DNA of 64,000 bases from Succinatimonas sp. UBA7265. GTDB lineage: Bacteria; Pseudomonadota; Gammaproteobacteria; Enterobacterales; Succinivibrionaceae. The stretch lies in contig DKSD01000011.1 in assembly GCA_002473165.1 (NCBI GenBank), positions 2,163-66,162 on the forward strand, read 5' to 3'. The number at the start of each line of letters is the position of its first letter. The first letter of the stretch is position 1. The position numbers and the translations under genes are program-made. The notes beneath the pieces are model-generated. The model was not told the DNA's origin. It was given only the letters and a program-made list of their open reading frames with translations, and did not search any database. Shown here piece after piece: positions 20,499 to 30,574 of this stretch.

Positions 20499-21260
20499 TT
20501 ATTCCTCAGGCTCGAAATCGTCAGGCAGCGTGGCGTTGTGGTAGACCTGCTGCGTGTCGTCGAGATCCTCAAGGCCGTCGATCATGTGCATGAACCTCAC
20601 GGCCTGATCTTTGTCGAGCGCCACTTCGGTGGACGGAACCTGGGTCACCTCGGCTGAGGCGGGCTTGAAGCCGGCCTTGTCAAAGGCGTCGGCCACATCG
20701 GCGAAAGCCTCGGGCGTGGTGTAAACGTCGATGGAGCCGTCATCGTTCGTGGTGACGTCGTCGGCGCCGGCGTCCAGGCCGATCTCCATGGCTTTGTCCT
20801 CGTCAAGCGGCATCTTGCCGTCCTCGTCCGGGGCAAAGGAGATCACGCCCTTCTTCGTAAAGAGGTAGGACACGGAGCCTGAGGTGCCCAGGTTGCCGCC
20901 GAACTTCGTGAAGGCGTGGCGCACATCTGAGGCGGTGCGGTTGTGGTTGTCCGTCATGCACTCGACCATCACGGCGACGCCGCCGATGCCGTAGCCCTCG
21001 TAGGTGATGTTCTCAAGATCAGCGCCCTCGCCGCCGCCGACACCGCGCTCGATGGCGCGCTTGATGGTGTCGCGGGTCATGTTCTGCGCCAGTGCCGCGA
21101 TGACGGCAGAGCGCAAGCGCGGGTTGTTGGCTTCCTCGCCGCCGCCCACGCGGGCCGCGGTGGTGATTTCACGGATGAGCTTGGTAAAAACCTTGCCGCG
21201 CTTGGCGTCCTGAGCCGCTTTGCGGAAGCGGATGTTCGCCCACTTGGAATGTCCTGACAT
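20499..21260 (-). CDS. yebC: YebC/PmpR-family transcriptional regulator
   Basis: '[32 protein letters not shown]'. GGAGA RBS before the ATG at 21260; the longer track ORF overlaps aspS. Confidence 0.93.
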   Translation of the reverse strand: MSGHSKWANIRFRKAAQDAKRGKVFTKLIREITTAARVGGGEEANNPRLRSAVIAALAQNMTRDTIKRAIERGVGGGEGADLENITYEGYGIGGVAVMVECMTDNHNRTASDVRHAFTKFGGNLGTSGSVSYLFTKKGVISFAPDEDGKMPLDEDKAMEIGLDAGADDVTTNDDGSIDVYTTPEAFADVADAFDKAGFKPASAEVTQVPSTEVALDKDQAVRFMHMIDGLEDLDDTQQVYHNATLPDDFEPEE

Positions 21261-21318
21261 ATGTGTATCTCCGGTACAGGGGCCGTCCAAAGCCCCCCTC
21301 TGTGTAAATTCGAAAAAT

Positions 21319-23088
<1,770 letters not shown>

Positions 23089-23669
23089 AAACACTGCCTC
23101 TTTAAATTCTGAGGACCTGCGCCCGGCTTTTTCAGGCTCTGACGGCTTTCGTCAGAGCACAGAAAACCCGCCGCGGCGCGTTAAATTCTGAAACCGATAT
23201 TATATGCCAAAGTAAAGCGCCCTCACAGGGCTAATCACCGCGCACGCCTTCAAACGGGAAAAATCTGAAATTTAACTCAGGCAAGCTTAATGTTCTGTAT
23301 AAAAATCAGACAGATTTTCAATCGCCGGCCTGATGCCTCCGGCTGCTTGCAGGAGAAGTGAAGACAGGGTCTTGTTTATGCGCCCGGTTATCAGCCTCAC
23401 AGGGACAGGCCCGTATGAGGCAGGTCGCTGCGTTCATGCCGGTGTCGACAAGGGGGAACGCTCTGAGAGCCTGCCTGAGGCGCACTGCGTCAGGCAGGAG
23501 TCCGGACTGCTGCCGATCTGTGGGATCGGCTAAGTTTGCGGCAGCACAAAAAAGCGGGAGTCAGATCTGGCGTTCTCACTGCCAGGTGCCAAATTAGAGC
23601 TGCGCACCTGGCAATGCATTTTTAAACCTCAGAGACAGCTGTTTAAAAAATGAACAGCCGCTAAAGGGA

Positions 23670-24422
23670 TCATTTAGCCTTAAACCACTTGTCGTAGATC
23701 TGCTGGTACTCGCCTGAGTCCTTGATCTTTTTGAGGCCGTCGTTGATGCGCGCCATCAGCTTCGTGTTGCCCTTCTGCGTGATGATGCCCAGATCCGCGG
23801 CGTTGACCATGCTCTCCTCAACGTGCATCAGCTTGTCATTTTTGGTGGTCACGAGGTAGTAGGAGTTGACCGGGTTGCCGGTGACGGCCGCGACGCAGCC
23901 TTTGCGGTCGAGCTCCATGTAAGCCTCAGGCATGGAGTTGAAGACCATGGGCTCGGCGCCTTCGATCTTTTTGACGAGGTCAAGGCCGACAGAGCCGATC
24001 TGCACGCAGACCTTCTGGCCTTTAAGATCGTCAAGCTTATGGTACTTGGCCTGATCCTCCTTGCGGATCATCATGCTCTGGCCTGCTGTGTAGTAGCCGT
24101 CGGAGAAATCGACGCGCTTGGCGCGCTCGGCGTTTTTCACCAGCCCCGTGATCGAAGCTTCCACAGTTCCCGAAATCACGGAGGCGAGGACGGCGTCAAA
24201 GGGCATGGCCACCATCTCGGCCTCAAAGCCTTCCTGCTTGCCAATCGCGGTGATGAGATCGACATCAAAGCCGATGATCGCGCCGTCCTTGCTGTCCTGG
24301 AACTCAAAAGGCGGGAAAGTAGGCTCCGTGGCAAATCTCACGGTCTCGGCGGATGCAAAAGACGACAGCGCCATCAGGGCGGCGCCTAAGGCGGCCGCGG
24401 CGGCTTTTTTCATGGATCTCAT
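23670..24422 (-). CDS. Amino-acid ABC transporter substrate-binding protein (family 3), no adjacent permease or ATPase
   Basis: Signal peptide MRSMKKAAAAALGAALMALSSFASA and 'GFDVDL..AI' SBP_bac_3-like motifs. GAGGAG lies 6 nt upstream of the ATG at 24422. Confidence 0.8.
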   Translation of the reverse strand: MRSMKKAAAAALGAALMALSSFASAETVRFATEPTFPPFEFQDSKDGAIIGFDVDLITAIGKQEGFEAEMVAMPFDAVLASVISGTVEASITGLVKNAERAKRVDFSDGYYTAGQSMMIRKEDQAKYHKLDDLKGQKVCVQIGSVGLDLVKKIEGAEPMVFNSMPEAYMELDRKGCVAAVTGNPVNSYYLVTTKNDKLMHVEESMVNAADLGIITQKGNTKLMARINDGLKKIKDSGEYQQIYDKWFKAK

Positions 24423-24566
24423 GTAAATCTCCTCAAAAAAACTCTGTGTCCTGAGTATGCCCCATAAGAAGGCAGCGCGGCTTAAGATCCTAAAAAGGCA
24501 CTTTTTAAGTGCAAAAAGCACCGCAGGATCGCTCACCGCGGTGCTTTGCCAGCATGGAAAACCGGG

Positions 24567-26129
24567 CTACCAGAAATGCCACCAGGGATGATCGCCTGCG
24601 CGCTGGGAGCTTACCTGCTCAAGCCTTGAGATGATGCGGGCGTACACGCTGTTCTCGTCGTTCTCATCGCCCCAGGGCACGCCGGTTAAGATCTTCATGG
24701 CGCCGGTGACGTGGGCGACGGTGTAGAGGTGGAAGCGGCCTTTTTTGACGGCGTCGGCGACAGCGGGGCGCAGCAGCACCTGGTTTACGCAGGACATGGG
24801 GATGATCACGCCCTGGGTGCCGGTAAGTCCGCGCAGGCGGCAGATGCGGTAGAAGCCTTCGATCTTCTCATTGACCCCGCCCACGGGCTGGACATTGCCT
24901 AACTGATCGACAGCGCCCGTCACGGCCAGATCCTGGCGCACCGGCAAGTCTGCAAAGCTTGAGAGCACGGCGCACAGCCCGGTGAGCGAGGCGCTGTCGC
25001 CGTCGATCTCCGAGTACGACTGCTCAAAGACGAGGCTTGCCGAGGCCGGCAGCGGCGTGAGCGCGCCGAACTCGCGGTTTAAGTAGCCGTTGATGATCAT
25101 CATGGCCTTGGCGTGGATCTGACCTGCAAGCTCAGCCTTGCGCTCGATGTCGATGACATCGCCGTCGCCGCCTGCGCGCATGGCGGCGGTGATGCGCACC
25201 GGCTCGCCGTAGACATAGGAGGTGCCGGAGGTCTCGATGACGGACAGCCCGTTGATCTGCCCGGTTTCCTGGCCCTCAGTCTGAATGAGCAGCTGCTCGT
25301 CGCGGTGATCGCGCAGCTCGGATTTGGCCACAAAATTCAGCCTGAAATCCTCGGCTCCCAGGGCGCGCAGCAGCGCGCGCTTTGAGATCACCGCGCCTTT
25401 TTCAAATGACGCGGCCTCAGTGAGCAGGTTTTTAAGGCGCTCAGGCTGCAGCCCGATCCAGCGGCGATCGCCGGCGGTGCGCGAGCACAGGGCGCAAAGC
25501 GCGGACACGGCCTCGGCGCTTACGTGCCTGCCGCCCTGGCGCTGCGCCCAATGGGCGATGAGCGCGCCTAAAAGCGCGCCCGCGCCCTCTGCTGAAAACT
25601 CCGCCACCGTGTCGGCGCGCAGCGCCGAGTCAAGCTCAGGCCACAGCGCGTCCATGGCGGCGAGATCGCCCGGCCCGCCTGCGAGCATGAGCTTTAACCC
25701 CGGGTTTTCGCGCAACGCCGCGCGCAGCTTTAACACCCATTTGGGGTGATCCTCAAAGAGCGCGCAGGACAGGACGAGCGCGCCTGGTTCAGAGACCAGC
25801 CCGGGTTTGCCCTCAGCGCCGAAAAGCTCTTTTGCAGACGGGCACAGCGCCAAAGTCACCGACGCAAAGCCTGCGAACTTTAAGAGCTCTTCACAAAGGG
25901 CGGGGGTGTCACAGGAGGCGCCGCACTCCAAAAGCAGCACTCTGAAGGATTCATGATCATGCAGCGCGCGGGCGGCGTTTAAGGCGCGCAGCTGCAGCGA
26001 GGCAAAGCTGCGGGGCTTTAACTCCGAGGTGTCTTTAAAGCCTGAGCAGTCAAAGGCGGGGGTGATATCGGCGTATTCGAGCTCCAGCACCGTGTCCAGC
26101 GGGAGCTCCACGGTTTCATGCTTCTTCAA
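24567..26129 (-). CDS. Lon-like S16 protease with a degenerate (P-loop-less) N-terminal region
   Basis: C-terminal Lon proteolytic domain 'DGDSASLTGLCAVLSSFADLPVRQDLAVTGAVDQLGNVQPVGGVNEKIEGF'. No GxxGxGK[ST] is visible in the N-terminal 300 aa. Confidence 0.75.
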   Translation of the reverse strand: MKKHETVELPLDTVLELEYADITPAFDCSGFKDTSELKPRSFASLQLRALNAARALHDHESFRVLLLECGASCDTPALCEELLKFAGFASVTLALCPSAKELFGAEGKPGLVSEPGALVLSCALFEDHPKWVLKLRAALRENPGLKLMLAGGPGDLAAMDALWPELDSALRADTVAEFSAEGAGALLGALIAHWAQRQGGRHVSAEAVSALCALCSRTAGDRRWIGLQPERLKNLLTEAASFEKGAVISKRALLRALGAEDFRLNFVAKSELRDHRDEQLLIQTEGQETGQINGLSVIETSGTSYVYGEPVRITAAMRAGGDGDVIDIERKAELAGQIHAKAMMIINGYLNREFGALTPLPASASLVFEQSYSEIDGDSASLTGLCAVLSSFADLPVRQDLAVTGAVDQLGNVQPVGGVNEKIEGFYRICRLRGLTGTQGVIIPMSCVNQVLLRPAVADAVKKGRFHLYTVAHVTGAMKILTGVPWGDENDENSVYARIISRLEQVSSQRAGDHPWWHFW

Positions 26130-26661
26130 CTACGGCCTCGTAAATGGCGGGGAGCTGGCGGTATTTCTCCGCGAGATCCAGCCCGTAGCCGACGATGAAG
26201 CCCTTGTCGAGCACGAAGCCCGCGTAATCTATGGTGATCTGCACCTCGCGGCGCTCGCGCTTGTCTATAAGCGCGCACAGCTTCACGGATTTGGCTCCGC
26301 GCTCTTTGAACATCGGGATAATCCGGCTCATGGTGATCCCCGAGTCGATGACGTCTTCGATGAACAGCACGTTGCGGCCTTTCACGTCGATGTCGACATC
26401 CTTGGTGATCTTCACGACATTGGAAGAGGACGTGCCTGAGCCGTAGGACGAGGCCCTCAGGAAATCGATGATGAGCTCAGGGTTGTGCAGCCCGATGGCC
26501 CTGACGACATCCGTGAAAAAGAACACGGCGCCTTTGAGCACGCACACGCACACGAGTTCCTGATCTTTGTAGTCAGAGGCGATCTGCGCCCCCAGTTCGC
26601 CGACGCGCCGTGAAATAGCCTCCTCGGTATACAGGGGGAGGAGCTGCTTTACTTTGACCAT
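26116..26661 (-). CDS. hpt: Hypoxanthine phosphoribosyltransferase
   Basis: PRPP motif 'VLFIEDVIDSGITM' and 'VCVLKGAVFF'. The ATG at 26661 lies just after the tamB stop, and the 3' end overlaps the Lon-like start by 14 nt. Confidence 0.9.
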   Translation of the reverse strand: MVKVKQLLPLYTEEAISRRVGELGAQIASDYKDQELVCVCVLKGAVFFFTDVVRAIGLHNPELIIDFLRASSYGSGTSSSNVVKITKDVDIDVKGRNVLFIEDVIDSGITMSRIIPMFKERGAKSVKLCALIDKRERREVQITIDYAGFVLDKGFIVGYGLDLAEKYRQLPAIYEAVVEEA

Positions 26662-26674
26662 CAAATTTGCCCCG

Positions 26675-29600
26675 TCAGTTAAATTCAAAACTGTAAATGA
26701 GATCGACCGCCTGATCGACCGAGGACACGAACTCGGCGTAAAGCTTGCGCATGAGCTCATATCTCAGGCGGAATTCGCCCACGGAGGTGAACACGCCGTA
26801 TCCGTAGGAGATCATGATCCGCGAGGTCAGATAGCCCTGCACCCCGACCTGGGTCTGATCGCCCGTGCCGCTGGAGCCAAACTGCAGCCCGCCCACGCCT
26901 AAGGCCTCGGAGATCGAGTTCACGAGCCCCGTCGTCGTGCCCAGGCCCAGCGCCAGCAGCAGCTGGCCGCTCGTGCTGTCCGGATCTTCGGCGCTCTTCT
27001 CCAGGCCGTGGCCGTACAGCAGGTACGAGAGGATCTCGTTCTGGGACATCGCGGGCCTGGAAAACAGCTTGACCTGCAGATCCGCAGGATGCCCTTCGGC
27101 CCTGACCCCGGCGGTCACGTCATCCTCGATCCCGGAGGGATCGGCGATGGCCTCAGCGCGGATTTTTGGATTGGTTATCTTACCATCAAAGTCCGCCTCT
27201 GCATAGGAAACGAGGAAGCGGTGGCCGTAGAGTTCGGCGCGCCCGTCAACGAGCTCAACCTTGCCTGAGGCTTTGACGTCACGGTCTGTCAGCGCCTTTT
27301 CAAGGCGCACCCCGCCTGCGGCCCTGGCCTTAAGCCCCATGGCCTCAACGCGCACGTCATCGCCAAGACTCAGCTCCAGATTGATCTCAGAGCGCTCGGG
27401 CGGCTGAGGCCTGAGCCTTTTTTTGAGCAGGTTTTCCGTGCCCTCAGGGCCTACGAGCACCTCATCAGGCGAGGGTGCGGTGCCGCTGTCGGCGAGGGTC
27501 TGCACCTTGATGCGGGCAGAGGGGATGTCAGCGCGGCCTTCGATGCGCAGCACGTCACCGAACGCGGCCCTGAGATCGAGATCGGCAAGGCAGTTGCCGT
27601 AGCCAGCCAAAAAGAGCGGCAGCTTTGCGGCGCGCAAGCTGACGCTGCCCTGCGCCCCGGAGCCCCAGTCAAGCGCGCCCGCAAGCTCGGCTTTGCCCTG
27701 GTTTAAGCTCACCGTGCCTTTGAGATCGCCGTGATCGCCTTTGGCGTCAAGGCGCAGGTCAAAATCATCTATCCTGCCCACGTCATAGCGCGGCTCGGCG
27801 CTGCCTTTGACGACGAGCGCGCCGTTTAAAAGCGGCTTTGAGAGCGTGCCGCCTAAGTCGGCGCGCAGATCTGCGCTGCCTTCAAGCTCGTTGAAGGCTC
27901 CGCCTAAATGCGAGAACGTCCTAAGCGCCAGGCCTTTGAGCTTTACTGTGCCGGACAGCGCTTTGCGCCCCTTTGGATCGGCGATCTTCAAACTGAGATC
28001 AAGGCCGCCGCGGCTGCGGCTTAAAACCGCGGCGAGATCGGCCTCAAGCGCGTCGCGCTCAAAAGCCGTGCGCAGCGTGAACGTGTCAAAACGCAGCCTG
28101 AGTTCATCGCTCACATAGCGCCCGCCTGAGACCTTGAAATCACCCTGAGCCTGCGGCGCGCCGCCCTGCGAGGCGAAACTCGCGTGCCCGCTGACGCTGC
28201 CCTCTAACGTATGGCCTTTGGGCAGGAACTTTGAGAGGAAAGCGAGATCGGCGTTTTCGAGATCGGCGCTGCCGCGCGCGCCTGAGGCGCCAAAAATTAT
28301 CTCAGAGGTCGAAAGCGTCCCTGTCTTGCTGCGGATCTTAAGCGGCGAGATTTTGCCCTGCCCCTGCTTTAAATCAAAGCTCAGCTGCGCAGGCGCGCTC
28401 AGGCTTAGCGGATCGGTAAACTCGCTGTACAAAAAGAGATCTGAAAGCGTGCCGCTCCACAGGGATTTCCCAGCATCAAAGCTCCCGCGCACGCTGGCAA
28501 AACCGGAGTTGCTGCCCAGGCAGTTTAAAGAGAGCGTATGGTTTTCAGGCACGCCTGAGGCTTCAAGGGCGCAGCGGCGCGAGGGCTGCAATGAGGATGC
28601 CAGGCGCACTTCGTCTGAGAGCAGTGTCAGCGCCCCGCGGCGCTGCGCGGCGCTAAAGCGCGCGCTCAGGCTCAGCTCTTTGGCGCTTTGATCGCCATAG
28701 GAAATCTCAGGCGAGCGCAGCACCGCCTCGGCCTCAGGGGCCTCCAAGGGGCCGCGGACGCGGAACGTGCCCGCGGCCTGGCCTGAAAGCCCCGGCAGCA
28801 GCTCGCTGAGATCCCCTGCTTCAAGCCGGCCTTGCAGATCGGAACTCTCAGAGAGCTCGCCGTCGGCCTCAAGCGCGCTGCCCCCTGAGCTCAGGCGGGC
28901 TTTGGCAAGCAGGATTTTAAGGCCGTCGTCCCGGGTTAAAGAGAGCTCCCGGGCTTTAAAGGCGGCGCGCCGCCCTTCAAAGGTAAAGAGCGTATCCAAA
29001 TCTTCAGCCCGGGCCTGAAGCGCCCCGTCCGCATCAGCAAGCGTAAGCTTTGATGAGACAGCGAGCTTTTCAGAGAGCAGCGGGCTTAAGGCCGCGGCGT
29101 TTTGAGCCTCGAAGCTTAACTTGCCGTCAAAGAGCGCGGGGCCCTCAGGATCCTCGTTTTGCGCCTCCGCGCGCAGCGCTCCGCCCTGGTATAAGCCGTC
29201 TGCCTTAAAAGAGCGCAGCTTCGGGGCAAAATCATCCAAAAGCGCCGCGGCGGAGGCTTTAAGATCCTCAAAGCCGTAGCCTGTAAATGCGCCCTGAGCC
29301 TCAAGCTCGAGCTTATCCATAATGGCGCCGCGGGCTGCGGCCTTAACGCCGGCGCCGCGCACGCCGCAGGTATCGGGGGGCAGGCGCAGGTTTTGCTCAT
29401 TCCCGCGGGCCGGCGCGACCTCCGCGACCTCGCCGCAGCCGGGCGTCCCGGCAAGCTCAGGGGGCATCCACAGCGGCCAGGCGGCGCTCTGCGCCGTCAC
29501 CTCGGCCTCAAGGGGCAGCAGCGAGGAGAGCGCGTTGAGCCGGGCCTGAGCCTTCAGGCCGCGCGGCCCGTCTTCCAGGGCATTTACTTTGAGATCGCTA

Positions 29601-30574
29601 AGATCGCCTTTTATGCTCGCGCCGCCTTCCAGCGCGCACAGCGCCCCGGCATAGCGCGAGCAGTTTGAGAAACTGTCCGCGCCTTTAAACACGGCCTTAA
29701 AATCCATGGGGAAATAAGCGTAAAACTCCATGCTCCCCTGCAAAGCCGCATGCCCCCATTCATGGGAGAGCGCCACGCGCCTGACTTCAAGCTTATGCCC
29801 CCGCCACATGGCGCTTACATAAGCGTCAAAGTCCCCGGTGTCAAAGCCCTGCATGCTGTAGCGGCCGCCTTCTATGAGCAAATCGCGGATCTCGGTGTCA
29901 AGCGGGAGATCTATCGTCGCAAATTTCTCAATGCCCGCCCCGCCGAAACTGCGCAAGAGCGCAGGCGCGGCCGTCTCTGAGGGCGCGGCGGCCTGATCGT
30001 GCAGCGTGACGCTGACGCCCTGCATCCTCCCCGAACTCACTCCGGCGTAATCGCCGTCGCAGGCGGCGCTTAAATCAAAGCTCTGCGCCGTGACGTCGAC
30101 CACCTGCGATCTGAAGGCGAAATTCTCCGAGATGAAATGGCGGATCAGCGCCTTGACCGGGATGTCGACGCGGTAAGCCTCGCCATCATCAGGCGCGGAA
30201 GGCCCTTCAAAAACCTGATCATCCAGGATCACCTGCAAATGCGGGGCTTTGATCTCCTCGGCCTCAAGCGCGCCGTTTAACAGCCATTGAGGCAGCGACC
30301 AGGCGACTTTAAGGCTGTCGCCTGAGACAGTCACGACCTCCGGCACCGCAACCTTAAACGGCCCGTCTGAGGCAAAGCCCCACAGCAGGCTGCCGCTTTT
30401 TAAGCGCAGATCTATCTCAACCGAGGTGTACTCGCGGCAGAGCTCCGCGGCGGTTTTCAGCACCCGGTTTGAGCCTGAGAGCGTGCCCAAAAGCAGCCAC
30501 ACGCAGAGCACGGACACGGTAAGCGCCCCAAAGAGCAGCGCCGCCAAAAATCCCAAAAACCTGCCTGCGGCCAT
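26675..30574 (-). CDS. tamB: Translocation and assembly module inner-membrane subunit TamB (DUF490)
   Basis: N-terminal TM anchor, 1299 aa of beta-rich sequence, and a C-terminal DUF490-like tail '...GVQGYLTSRIMISYGYGVF...LIYSFEFN'. The ATG overlaps the tamA stop. Confidence 0.88.
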   Translation of the reverse strand: MAAGRFLGFLAALLFGALTVSVLCVWLLLGTLSGSNRVLKTAAELCREYTSVEIDLRLKSGSLLWGFASDGPFKVAVPEVVTVSGDSLKVAWSLPQWLLNGALEAEEIKAPHLQVILDDQVFEGPSAPDDGEAYRVDIPVKALIRHFISENFAFRSQVVDVTAQSFDLSAACDGDYAGVSSGRMQGVSVTLHDQAAAPSETAAPALLRSFGGAGIEKFATIDLPLDTEIRDLLIEGGRYSMQGFDTGDFDAYVSAMWRGHKLEVRRVALSHEWGHAALQGSMEFYAYFPMDFKAVFKGADSFSNCSRYAGALCALEGGASIKGDLSDLKVNALEDGPRGLKAQARLNALSSLLPLEAEVTAQSAAWPLWMPPELAGTPGCGEVAEVAPARGNEQNLRLPPDTCGVRGAGVKAAARGAIMDKLELEAQGAFTGYGFEDLKASAAALLDDFAPKLRSFKADGLYQGGALRAEAQNEDPEGPALFDGKLSFEAQNAAALSPLLSEKLAVSSKLTLADADGALQARAEDLDTLFTFEGRRAAFKARELSLTRDDGLKILLAKARLSSGGSALEADGELSESSDLQGRLEAGDLSELLPGLSGQAAGTFRVRGPLEAPEAEAVLRSPEISYGDQSAKELSLSARFSAAQRRGALTLLSDEVRLASSLQPSRRCALEASGVPENHTLSLNCLGSNSGFASVRGSFDAGKSLWSGTLSDLFLYSEFTDPLSLSAPAQLSFDLKQGQGKISPLKIRSKTGTLSTSEIIFGASGARGSADLENADLAFLSKFLPKGHTLEGSVSGHASFASQGGAPQAQGDFKVSGGRYVSDELRLRFDTFTLRTAFERDALEADLAAVLSRSRGGLDLSLKIADPKGRKALSGTVKLKGLALRTFSHLGGAFNELEGSADLRADLGGTLSKPLLNGALVVKGSAEPRYDVGRIDDFDLRLDAKGDHGDLKGTVSLNQGKAELAGALDWGSGAQGSVSLRAAKLPLFLAGYGNCLADLDLRAAFGDVLRIEGRADIPSARIKVQTLADSGTAPSPDEVLVGPEGTENLLKKRLRPQPPERSEINLELSLGDDVRVEAMGLKARAAGGVRLEKALTDRDVKASGKVELVDGRAELYGHRFLVSYAEADFDGKITNPKIRAEAIADPSGIEDDVTAGVRAEGHPADLQVKLFSRPAMSQNEILSYLLYGHGLEKSAEDPDSTSGQLLLALGLGTTTGLVNSISEALGVGGLQFGSSGTGDQTQVGVQGYLTSRIMISYGYGVFTSVGEFRLRYELMRKLYAEFVSSVDQAVDLIYSFEFN

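Noticed and set aside
23493-23508. The structured 23.3-23.6 kb gap was tested by eye against known RNAs: RNase P RNA, tmRNA, SRP/4.5S, 6S and the cobalamin riboswitch. The minus-strand AGTCCGGACTCCTGCC resembles the B12 box.
   Set aside because: - The other obligatory conserved elements are absent: RNase P GGAAAGTCCGGGC and GGGTGAAAGGGTG, the tmRNA tRNA-like end and tag ORF, SRP GGAAGCAGCC, and the riboswitch GGGAA...GGTG..AATCC core.
- The region is kept only as an unclassified structured region.
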